Below, one piece after another: positions 10,455-19,473 of a stretch of 32,000 bases of DNA. The notes beneath the pieces are model-generated. The model was given only the letters and a program-made list of their open reading frames with translations, had not been told where the DNA came from and did not search any database. The translations under genes and the position numbers were made by a program. Position 1 is the stretch's first letter. Each line of letters opens with the position of its first letter. The DNA is taken from contig NZ_CP046533.1 in NCBI RefSeq assembly GCF_014857065.1, positions 420,001-452,000 of the forward strand. The letters run 5' to 3'. Source of the DNA: Candidatus Saccharimonadota bacterium (GTDB lineage: Bacteria > Pseudomonadota > Gammaproteobacteria > Enterobacterales > Enterobacteriaceae).

Positions 10455-11509
10455 ATCTTCACTTTGTATTTCACATAGTTTAGATAAGTAACGCCTGTAC
10501 TCAAACTGTAACATACCTCCAATATATATTTCCAACATAAAAATAAAAAAATGCAATTAATTTTACACGATTATCATATAATTCATCACTTAACATAGAA
10601 AACCATCATGCAACATCCCGCTGATCAATTCCTACTGATTGGATATTACACAATAAAATAATACGAAATGTCTTAACTAAATGATATAATTATCATATTT
10701 TAATGTTTCCTACGTAATTCAATAAATCTAAAATACTATGTCGTCAGTAAAAACGAGTACGAAAGTATCATTGTGATTAATTTCTAAAGAATTTTTTTGA
10801 AAAATTGAAAACGCTTCACCGGATAATTAAATAAATATTTCAGATTTTTCTTGATCAACATAATTTCCCGAAGGGCAAAAATAAAAAAATTATTTCGATA
10901 TTAACAAGTAAAAATACGATAATCAAAAATTTTATTAAAATAAATCACATCACAATTATTTTAAATTGACTCAATGATAGGAAGAAACTTACTGCGATGA
11001 AACCATTAAGATAAAATTAATCAGGAAAAATTTTAAATTATAATTAAAGTAATATGACGAGGTAACAAAAATTAATTAAAATGCTCAAAAATTACATCAA
11101 CTATATCGTAAGTAAAATTCATCAAAACAAAGTATATCTATATCTAACTTAAGTTTATCAGCCATTATCTTAAAAGATCTTGACAATCTTACAAACAAAA
11201 CATTTGCTTGTGCAAATTTATCATAAAATTATAAAAATACAATCGTAATTTTCGCTTATTTGGTAAACTATGATAAAATAAATCCATCAATAAAGTGTTA
11301 CCAGCACCTACATTGCACAGATATATAAACCTTTAAAAGAAAGGAAAGATATTAAACTTTTTGAAATCAACTATACTATTTTGACGCATATTCAATTTTT
11401 GATGCATATCATTCATCTTAATAACAACCATTTCTTGAAATGCGTCATATTTAAGTTTCTTTTCTTTCAACATCTTACGATAAAGGGAAAAAGGAATAAT
11501 ACAACTCAT
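10455..11509 (-). pseudogene. zapE: zapE (yhcM, AFG1-like ATPase) pseudogene with many in-frame stops; boundaries approximate
   Basis: One minus-strand frame gives ...LYRKMLKEKKLKYDAFQEMV...(TAA at 11335-11333)RFIYLCNVGAGNTLLMDLFYHSLPNKRKLRLYFYNFMINLHKQMFCL*DCQDLLR*W...FLPIIESI*NNCDVIYFNKIFDYRIF... This aligns with E. coli ZapE [38 protein letters not shown]...FLPAIDAIKQHCDVMNVDAGVDYRL. The Walker A lysine is lost. The position between rplM and zapG matches E. coli. Confidence 0.8.
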
Positions 11510-11744
11510 TATTAATATATTTAACTCTCTAATTTTAGAAAATAGAAAATTACACAAAACGTAAACCTTCGTGCATTTCTATATCATAGTAGAAATTTGT
11601 AAACAAGCACCATATCGTTATATAATGTAGTATATCTAAAAATACAAATAAATTTCCAAAATGAAGCAATTATTGCACATTACGATACATCACAAGATTT
11701 AAATAATAACGGTTGAAAACAACAATAATAACAGGAGAAAGATT

Positions 11745-12122
11745 ATGGTATGGAAATATATATTAATGAGCTTTATTTGTGGTATAACCATCGGTATTAT
11801 AATTATGTGGTTTAAGAAACGTAACATCACACAAAAACAATCTTTCCATAATCAAGACAATAAACATAACTATAACGAACGTGAAAATAAATTAATAAAC
11901 CACTTTATTAACACCGCTGATTTATTAAATGACATAACTCAGTGTCATTGCAAATTTTACAAATATATGTCAGAAAGCGCACAAAACTTATTAAAAAATC
12001 ACAACGTAAAAAAAGATTTACTTAATAAGGAAATCTTATCAAAAAAAATAAATAATGATATAAAAAATAACAATAAAACTCCTTTTGAAAAAACACAACC
12101 AAGAGACTATTCAGAAAGATAA
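11745..12122 (+). CDS. zapG: Inner-membrane cell-division/envelope protein ZapG (YhcB)
   Basis: The 125-aa ORF has an N-terminal TM segment (MVWKYILMSFICGITIGIIIMWF versus E. coli MTWEYALIGLVVGIIIGAVAMRF) and the C-terminal PRDYSE motif. It lies upstream of degQ as in E. coli. Confidence 0.82.
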   Translation: MVWKYILMSFICGITIGIIIMWFKKRNITQKQSFHNQDNKHNYNERENKLINHFINTADLLNDITQCHCKFYKYMSESAQNLLKNHNVKKDLLNKEILSKKINNDIKNNNKTPFEKTQPRDYSER

Positions 12123-12200
12123 AATGTAACATTTATTTAACATACACTATAAATAATCAAAAAATTTAAAAATTATTGAATATTCAAAATACACAAACTA

Positions 12201-13586
12201 ATGAAAAAAATATTTTTATTTAAGATACTATTACTTAATATGTTAATCATATTTTCTTATGTTTCATACTCCAAAACAACATTGCCTAGTGAAATAAGAA
12301 AAACAGAAGAAAATTCTACGACAATGCCAAGTTTAGCTCCAATGTTAACTAAAGTATTACCTGCAGTAGTCAGTGTACACGTAGAAGGAACTCAACCAGT
12401 AAGAAAAATGATTCTACCTAAAGAATTTAAATATTTTTTTGGACCTGAAATACCAGGAGGAAATACAGGATCACGTCCATTCGAAGGTTTAGGGTCTGGA
12501 GTAATTATTAATTCTACAAAAGGCTATGTGATTACTAACAACCATGTGGTAAATGGTGCTGATAAAATCAAAGTGCAACTTAATGATGGTCGTGAATTTA
12601 ATGCAAAATTAATAGGACATGATGAACAAACTGACTTAGCTGTACTAAAATTACCCAAATTTAAAAATCTAGTTGAAATAAAAATGGCTGATTCAGATTC
12701 TTTAAAAGTTGGTGATTTTGCAATTGCAGTAGGTAATCCATTTGGGTTAGGACAAACGGCTACTTCTGGTATAGTATCAGCACTAGGAAGAAGTGGATTA
12801 AACCTTGAAGGTTTAGAAAATTTTATTCAAACTGATGCTTCAATAAATAGAGGAAATTCAGGAGGTGCTTTAGTAAATCTTAACGGAGAGTTAATTGGTA
12901 TTAATACAGCCATTCTTACCCCTGGAGGAGGAAATATTGGAATTGGTTTTGCTATTCCAAGTAATATTGTCAAAAATCTCAGTCAACAACTAATAGAATT
13001 TGGTGAAGTAAAACGTGGACAACTAGGAATTAAAGGAACAGAATTAACCTCTGATATAGCTAAAGCATTTAATATAGACGCTCAACGTGGTGCATTCGTA
13101 AGTGAAGTTATACCTGGTTCTGCTGCAGCTAAAGCTAAAATAAAAGCCGGTGATATTATCATATCTATTGAAGGTAAACCAATACAAAGCTTTGCTGAAT
13201 TAAGAGTAAAAATAGGTACTACTACACCAGGTAAAACTGTAACATTAGGTATTTTACGTAACGGAAAACCTCAAAATATTTCCGTAATATTAGATGATAG
13301 CAACTCTATTACGACAAGTGAAGAAATTTTAACTCCAGCATTACAAGGTGCATCCCTAAGCAATGGAACACTAAAAGACGGAACAAAAGGAGTACAAGTA
13401 GAAGATATAATAAAAGACTCTCCTGCATCAAGTATAGGTTTACAAAAAGGAGATGTAATCATTGGGGTTAATAGAGAAAGGGTAAAAAATATCTCACAAC
13501 TACGTAAAATATTAAACGGTAAACCGACGGTTATGGCTTTAAACATAGTAAGAGGAAATACTAATATTTTCCTGTTACTTCGTTAA
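12201..13586 (+). CDS. degQ: Periplasmic HtrA-family serine endoprotease DegQ (protease domain plus two PDZ domains)
   Basis: The 461-aa ORF has a signal peptide and aligns end to end with E. coli DegQ (LPSLAPMLTKVLPAVVSV, GLGSGVIINSTKGYVITNNHV, TDASINRGNSGGAL, IVRGNTNIFLLLR). The His-Asp-Ser triad context is present. It lacks the DegP Q-linker and is syntenic with zapG. Confidence 0.9.
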   Translation: MKKIFLFKILLLNMLIIFSYVSYSKTTLPSEIRKTEENSTTMPSLAPMLTKVLPAVVSVHVEGTQPVRKMILPKEFKYFFGPEIPGGNTGSRPFEGLGSGVIINSTKGYVITNNHVVNGADKIKVQLNDGREFNAKLIGHDEQTDLAVLKLPKFKNLVEIKMADSDSLKVGDFAIAVGNPFGLGQTATSGIVSALGRSGLNLEGLENFIQTDASINRGNSGGALVNLNGELIGINTAILTPGGGNIGIGFAIPSNIVKNLSQQLIEFGEVKRGQLGIKGTELTSDIAKAFNIDAQRGAFVSEVIPGSAAAKAKIKAGDIIISIEGKPIQSFAELRVKIGTTTPGKTVTLGILRNGKPQNISVILDDSNSITTSEEILTPALQGASLSNGTLKDGTKGVQVEDIIKDSPASSIGLQKGDVIIGVNRERVKNISQLRKILNGKPTVMALNIVRGNTNIFLLLR

Positions 13587-13705
13587 ATACTTCCCATAAG
13601 AAGCGTAACAAATAGTATAAATTAATATATCTTCGACCTATAAATACCTTATCAATAAAATGCAAATACACATGAATTTTAAAACATGTAAAATAATCCT
13701 AATAA

Positions 13706-14962
<1,257 letters not shown>

Positions 14963-15026
14963 TCATATTGAAATCATTAGAATTAATTTTATCTTGAATT
15001 ATTTTATAACTTTTAAAATAATAAAA

Positions 15027-15275
15027 CTAATAAAATTTTCTTGCACATTCCCATTCTTTTGGAGTATATGTTTTAATAGATAAAGAATGTATACTGGCAT
15101 TAGAAATGTATGGTATTAAAGGAGCATAAACTAATTTTTGTTGGTCAACTAAACTAATGTGAGCAAATTCTTTACTTACCGCAATTATTTCATAATGGCT
15201 ACCATCATTATTCACATATATTTCATCTAATAATAAAGATTTTATCAAAATTGCCTCTATTTCATTATTTTTCAT
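15027..15275 (-). CDS. ibaG: BolA-family acid-stress/envelope protein IbaG (YrbA)
   Basis: MKNNEIEAILIKSL...NDGSHYEIIAVS...YAPL...IHSLSIKTYTPKEW matches E. coli IbaG (MENNEIQSVLMNAL...GDGSHFQVIAVG...IHAVSIKAYTPAEW). The ORF-track start at 15287 is a GTG 4 codons upstream, but the ATG at 15275 fits the homology. It lies upstream of murA as in E. coli. Confidence 0.88.
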   Translation of the reverse strand: MKNNEIEAILIKSLLLDEIYVNNDGSHYEIIAVSKEFAHISLVDQQKLVYAPLIPYISNASIHSLSIKTYTPKEWECARKFY

Positions 15276-15485
15276 GGCCATTATCACTTACGAATAAAAA
15301 TTTCGGTCTTTATATCAATATTAATAAATTATAAATACATTACTTAATCAATCATTCATTTATCAAAATCATTAAAATATTAGACATAATAAATTTATAA
15401 TAATACAATCATCTGATGAATCAATAAACATATCAAAATTATGATACCATAAAGTGATATTTTATTAAGAATCAAATCCTAAAAT

Positions 15486-16073
15486 GTGAAAAAATATAAA
15501 ACAACAAAAAACAATCTTAAGCTATTAACACTAACTTTACTAGAAATCTTGCTAATAACAAAAACTAACTACAACGCATTTTTGAAATTTAATTATAATA
15601 TAACAAATATAATAAATGATATTAATCATCAACCACAACACTATACTAAAAATATAACTATTAGAATATATGATCATATTACAGGTAAACTAACTTATAA
15701 AATAGTTGCTGACAATATAAAATATTTTAACACTACACGCGTTTTTGATTTTAGTAAACCTCTAACTACTATATTAGATAAAAATAAGATTCCTATATGG
15801 ACCATAAAAGCTGAACGAGCAAAATTAACTAATAAAAAAATATTACTTTTATTTGATGATATTCAAATAAATAACACAAAAAAAACGCATTTTTTTCAAA
15901 AAATAACAACAAATAATCTGGTAATAAATTTATGTACAAATGATGTTTATTCAAATGAAAAAACAACTTTATATGGAAAAGATTTCATTACCACAGGAAA
16001 AAAATTTTACGGTAATCTATGCATAAAAAAAATAAAACTTCTTGATGATATTCAAACTTCGTACAAAATATAA
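15486..16073 (+). CDS. lptC: LPS export system protein LptC
   Basis: The 195-aa ORF starts with GTG and has an N-terminal TM anchor. FSKPLTTILDKNKIPIWTIKAERAKLTNKKILLLFDDIQIN aligns with E. coli LptC FTQPVLTTFDKDKIPTWSVKADKAKLTNDRMLYLYGHVEVN. It is followed by lptA and lptB. Confidence 0.88.
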   Translation: MKKYKTTKNNLKLLTLTLLEILLITKTNYNAFLKFNYNITNIINDINHQPQHYTKNITIRIYDHITGKLTYKIVADNIKYFNTTRVFDFSKPLTTILDKNKIPIWTIKAERAKLTNKKILLLFDDIQINNTKKTHFFQKITTNNLVINLCTNDVYSNEKTTLYGKDFITTGKKFYGNLCIKKIKLLDDIQTSYKI

Positions 16074-16575
16074 ATTACATAATTTAAAAAATAATATTAA
16101 AACCATAATGATTCTTGTTCTAATTACCATTAGCACAAAATGTATTTCTTTAAATAAAGAAGATAAAAAAATAATACTAATTAACTCAAACAAACAATCC
16201 ATAAACATGACCGATAATTCGCTAACTTTTACTGGAAAAGTAGCAATTCATTATAACTTTATTAATATTCAAGCTGATTTCGTAAAAATCAGTTATCAAC
16301 AGGGGAAAAATAAATACAAAATAATAGAAGGATACGGAAACCCAATAACTTTTAAAAAATTAAAAAAAAACAACGAACTAATAACTGGTCAATGTTTAAA
16401 ATTCCATTATGAAACAAATGATAATAAAATTCTACTAATAGGTAAAGCTTATATAAAAAAATCAAATAATTACATTCAAGCCGACTACATTAATTATTTA
16501 ATAAATAAAAATCGTATACAAGCATATAGCGATAATGGGAAACAAGTAATTACAAAAATAATTCTACATAGCTGA
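16045..16575 (+). CDS. lptA: LPS transport periplasmic protein LptA
   Basis: The track ORF starts at a TTG at 16042, but the adjacent ATG at 16045 gives MIFKLRTKYKL (E. coli MKFKTNKLSL). NSNKQSINMTDNSLTFTGKV...IEGYGNPITF...IQADYINYLINKNRIQAYSDNGKQVIT matches E. coli LptA. It overlaps the lptC 3' end by 29 nt. Confidence 0.88.
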   Translation: MIFKLRTKYKLHNLKNNIKTIMILVLITISTKCISLNKEDKKIILINSNKQSINMTDNSLTFTGKVAIHYNFINIQADFVKISYQQGKNKYKIIEGYGNPITFKKLKKNNELITGQCLKFHYETNDNKILLIGKAYIKKSNNYIQADYINYLINKNRIQAYSDNGKQVITKIILHS

Positions 16576-16621
16576 ATAAAATATTGAAATACTTAATTGA
16601 CAAAACTAACAAATCAAAAAT

Positions 16622-17347
16622 ATGACTATATTAAGAATAAAAAATCTAAACAAAACCTACAAAAAAAAACAGATAATTAAAGATATAAATATAAAAATAA
16701 TAACAGGACAGATAGTTGGATTACTTGGACCAAATGGAGCAGGAAAAACAACAACATTTTATACAATAGCAGGAGTTATCAAATGTAATTCCGGATCCAT
16801 CTTTATAGATGAACAAAATATAACACATTTACCTTTATACCATAGAGCTCGCTTAGGAATTAGTTATTTACCTCAAGAATCATCTATATTTCAACAAATG
16901 GATGTTTTTGATAATTTAATGTCAGCCCTAGAAATCAAAAAAAATTTAAATAAAAAAAAACGATATGAATACGTCATTAAATTAATGAAAAAATTTCAAA
17001 TTAATCACTTAAGACATAATTTAGGATCTTCTCTTTCTGGAGGTGAAAGAAGACGTGTAGAAATTGCAAGAACATTAGCTACAAATCCTATATTTATTCT
17101 TCTAGATGAACCCTTCGCAGGCATAGATCCTATTTCTATCACAGAAACTAAAAAAATAATAAAAAATTTAAAATCCTCCGGAATAGGAGTATTTATGACA
17201 GATCATAATGCACGAGAAACACTCGATATTTGTGAATTTATCTACATTATGAACGAGGGAAATATAATAGCAAAAGGAACACCCTCAGAAATTTTAAATG
17301 ATAAAAAAGTAAAACAAATTTATTTAGGTAATAATTTTCACCTTTAA
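16622..17347 (+). CDS. lptB: LPS export ABC transporter ATP-binding protein LptB
   Basis: The 241-aa ORF has Walker A GPNGAGKTTTFY, signature LSGGERRRVEIAR and Walker B ILLDEPFAGIDP. It is the third gene of the lptCAB cluster. Confidence 0.94.
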   Translation: MTILRIKNLNKTYKKKQIIKDINIKIITGQIVGLLGPNGAGKTTTFYTIAGVIKCNSGSIFIDEQNITHLPLYHRARLGISYLPQESSIFQQMDVFDNLMSALEIKKNLNKKKRYEYVIKLMKKFQINHLRHNLGSSLSGGERRRVEIARTLATNPIFILLDEPFAGIDPISITETKKIIKNLKSSGIGVFMTDHNARETLDICEFIYIMNEGNIIAKGTPSEILNDKKVKQIYLGNNFHL

Positions 17348-17428
17348 TTTGTTTTTGATAAATAATTTATTTTCAAAGAAATATTTAAAAAATTAGAATA
17401 TATAAATAACATACACGTTATAACTAAA

Positions 17429-18253
17429 TTAATTAAAAAACACAGAAAGAAAAAAAACTATATTGGCTAATAATACAATAACTGGGCCAATCGGTAAAGA
17501 CATATAAAAAGATAACATTAATCCACAATAAGAACATAAACAAGAAATACATACTGAAAATAATAACATTTTAGATAAACTAGTTGTCCAACAACGAGCA
17601 GATAAAACAGGCAGCATCATCAATCCTATAGCCATTAATGTACCAATTACCTGAAAACTAGCAACTAAATTCAATACAACAAGTCCCAAAAACAAAACTT
17701 GAATTAATTGTGGATACCAAACAGTTGTTTTGTCCATTAAAAAATCCGCATCAAAAGCTTCTATAATTAATGCACGATAAAATAAAGAGAAAATAATTAA
17801 AGTAAAACTAACAACTACCCCAATATATTTAATTGAATACGAGTCTATAGACATAACAGAACCAAATAATATATGCAACAAATCAATATGATTCTCATTA
17901 AAAAACATTAATAAAACACCAAAAGCTAATGATCCTGAATATAAACCAGAAAAACTAGCATCTTCTTTTAATGAAGATTTTGAAGACACCCATACCGAAA
18001 TAATAGCAACTAATAATCCAAAACTTATCCCTCCTAAACTCATAGCCATTAATGACGTACTATTAAAAAGATACCCAATTACAACTCCAGGTAATATAGC
18101 ATGAGATAAAGCATCACCAATCAAACTCATACGACGCAATAACAAAAAACTACCTATCAAAGCAGTACTTAAAGATAATGCAAAACAAACAACCATAGCC
18201 CTACACATAAAGCCATGATATAAAAAAGGATCAAGCAATAAATGCACTAACAT
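17429..18253 (-). CDS. znuB: Metal (probably zinc) ABC transporter permease, ABC-3 family (ZnuB-like)
   Basis: The 274-aa polytopic membrane ORF has the ABC-3 motif LRRMSLIGDALSHAILPGVVIGY. It lies downstream of the cognate ATPase, and a Zur-box-like palindrome lies upstream of the pair. The motif also resembles Mn/Fe-type permeases, so the zinc assignment rests largely on the Zur box. Confidence 0.72.
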   Translation of the reverse strand: MLVHLLLDPFLYHGFMCRAMVVCFALSLSTALIGSFLLLRRMSLIGDALSHAILPGVVIGYLFNSTSLMAMSLGGISFGLLVAIISVWVSSKSSLKEDASFSGLYSGSLAFGVLLMFFNENHIDLLHILFGSVMSIDSYSIKYIGVVVSFTLIIFSLFYRALIIEAFDADFLMDKTTVWYPQLIQVLFLGLVVLNLVASFQVIGTLMAIGLMMLPVLSARCWTTSLSKMLLFSVCISCLCSYCGLMLSFYMSLPIGPVIVLLANIVFFLSVFFN

Positions 18254-18339
18254 TAAAAATCATTTTATAATTCATCAATCAACAAAAAATTAAAACTAAT
18301 AATGAATAATTCTACTTTTATTTAAAATTTAAAACTTGT

Positions 18340-18969
18340 TTAAATTTCATTAATATTTTTTAATGATAACACATCAGAAAAATATTTAGATATGTAATAA
18401 CAACTATGTACTACCATAATAATGGTACATCCTTGTTGATTAAGTTTACCAATAATTGACATCATTAAATCGCATGTTTGTTTATCAATATTATTAAATG
18501 GTTCATCCAATAAAATTAAAGATGCATGTTGTACTAATAATCTAGCAAATAAAACACGTTGAAATTCACCACCAGACAAATATGCAATATTCTTATGATA
18601 TAAATGTATCAATTTCATCTGTAATAATGCATCCCAAATTATTTTTTGTTGAAAATAATCAATATTACTTAATAATCCTATTTTGGGCCAACAACCCATT
18701 GCAACAACATCAAAAACTGTTATTGGAAACTGACGATCAATATCTGGACATTGGGCCAAATAACTTGTATAAAATTCATTTTCTACACAAAATTCTATTC
18801 TTCCAGACACAGGAGGTAACTTACCAGCAATAGTCTTCAACAAAGTTGTTTTGCCTGAACCGTTATTTCCTACAACAGCAGTCATGCTACCTAATTTAAA
18901 ATAATGATTTAAAAATGAACTAATAGCATAACCACAATAACCAATTGACACATTTTTTAATTTTATCAT
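18340..18969 (-). CDS. znuC: Metal (probably zinc) ABC transporter ATP-binding protein (ZnuC-like)
   Basis: Homology starts at MIKLKNVSIGY (ATG 18969), comparable to E. coli ZnuC LVSLENVSVSFG. Walker A GNNGSGKTTLLK, signature LSGGEFQRVLFAR and Walker B ILLDEPFNNID are present. The track ORF extends 47 non-homologous codons upstream to 19110. The protein lacks a His-rich C-terminal tail. Confidence 0.75.
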   Translation of the reverse strand: MIKLKNVSIGYCGYAISSFLNHYFKLGSMTAVVGNNGSGKTTLLKTIAGKLPPVSGRIEFCVENEFYTSYLAQCPDIDRQFPITVFDVVAMGCWPKIGLLSNIDYFQQKIIWDALLQMKLIHLYHKNIAYLSGGEFQRVLFARLLVQHASLILLDEPFNNIDKQTCDLMMSIIGKLNQQGCTIIMVVHSCYYISKYFSDVLSLKNINEI

Positions 18970-19117
18970 GGAATCTGTAAAGACCAAAAAATAGCAAACC
19001 ATAACACGCACAGTATTATTAATACCAAAATTAAACGAAATATTCCCGAAGCAACAAACAATCTCACACCCATAGTCAAACGCTTTTTTTTGAAAATGAT
19101 AAAAGCACATTTTTTAT

Positions 19118-19140
19118 AAAATGTTATGATATAACATATC
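19118..19140. promoter_or_regulatory. Zur-box-like palindrome (AAAATGTTATGATATAACATATC) upstream of znuCB
   Basis: It matches about 20 of 23 positions of the gammaproteobacterial Zur consensus as I recall it (GAAATGTTATAWTATAACATTTC), with the core TGTTAT-N3-ATAACA intact. On the gene strand a sigma70-like TTGTAA(19154-19149)-17 nt-TATCAT(19131-19126) has its -10 inside the palindrome. Confidence 0.6.
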
Positions 19141-19275
19141 ATTTTCTATTACAAACAACAGACCCAATGTAAATTTTTACAAACCCACTTAAAATCGATT
19201 CTTAAATTAAAACCTCACAGAGATAAAACCACAAAAAATAAAAACATCAAAATACACTTCAAACATCATAATTTT

Positions 19276-19358
19276 TGCCGAAGGCCGGAGTCGAACCGGC
19301 ATACCTTAACAGTGATTGATTTTGAATCAATTGCGTCTACCATTTTCGCCACTTCGGC
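19276..19358 (-). tRNA. leuX: tRNA-Leu (anticodon CAA, type II long variable arm, leuX type); no encoded 3' CCA
   Basis: The minus strand reads GCCGAAGTGGCGAAAATGGTAGACGCAATTGATTCAAAATCAATCACTGTTAAGGTATGCCGGTTCGACTCCGGCCTTCGGCA. The anticodon stem is ATTGA/TCAAT around the loop TTCAAAA. It is near-identical to remembered E. coli leuX. Confidence 0.88.
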
Positions 19359-19473
19359 AAAAATTATTTGAAGATAAATCATATTTATTAAGAATATAAC
19401 CCCAAAAAACTCAATGTACAATAGAACATAAAAAATAAAATTTCTGAATTCATTAAATTCAAAATCAAAACCA

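Noticed and set aside
11333-11557. A 74-aa minus-strand ORF in the rplM-zapG gap.
   Set aside because: It is not an independent gene. From its Met-17 onward it is the N-terminal fragment of the zapE pseudogene, terminated by the first in-frame TAA.
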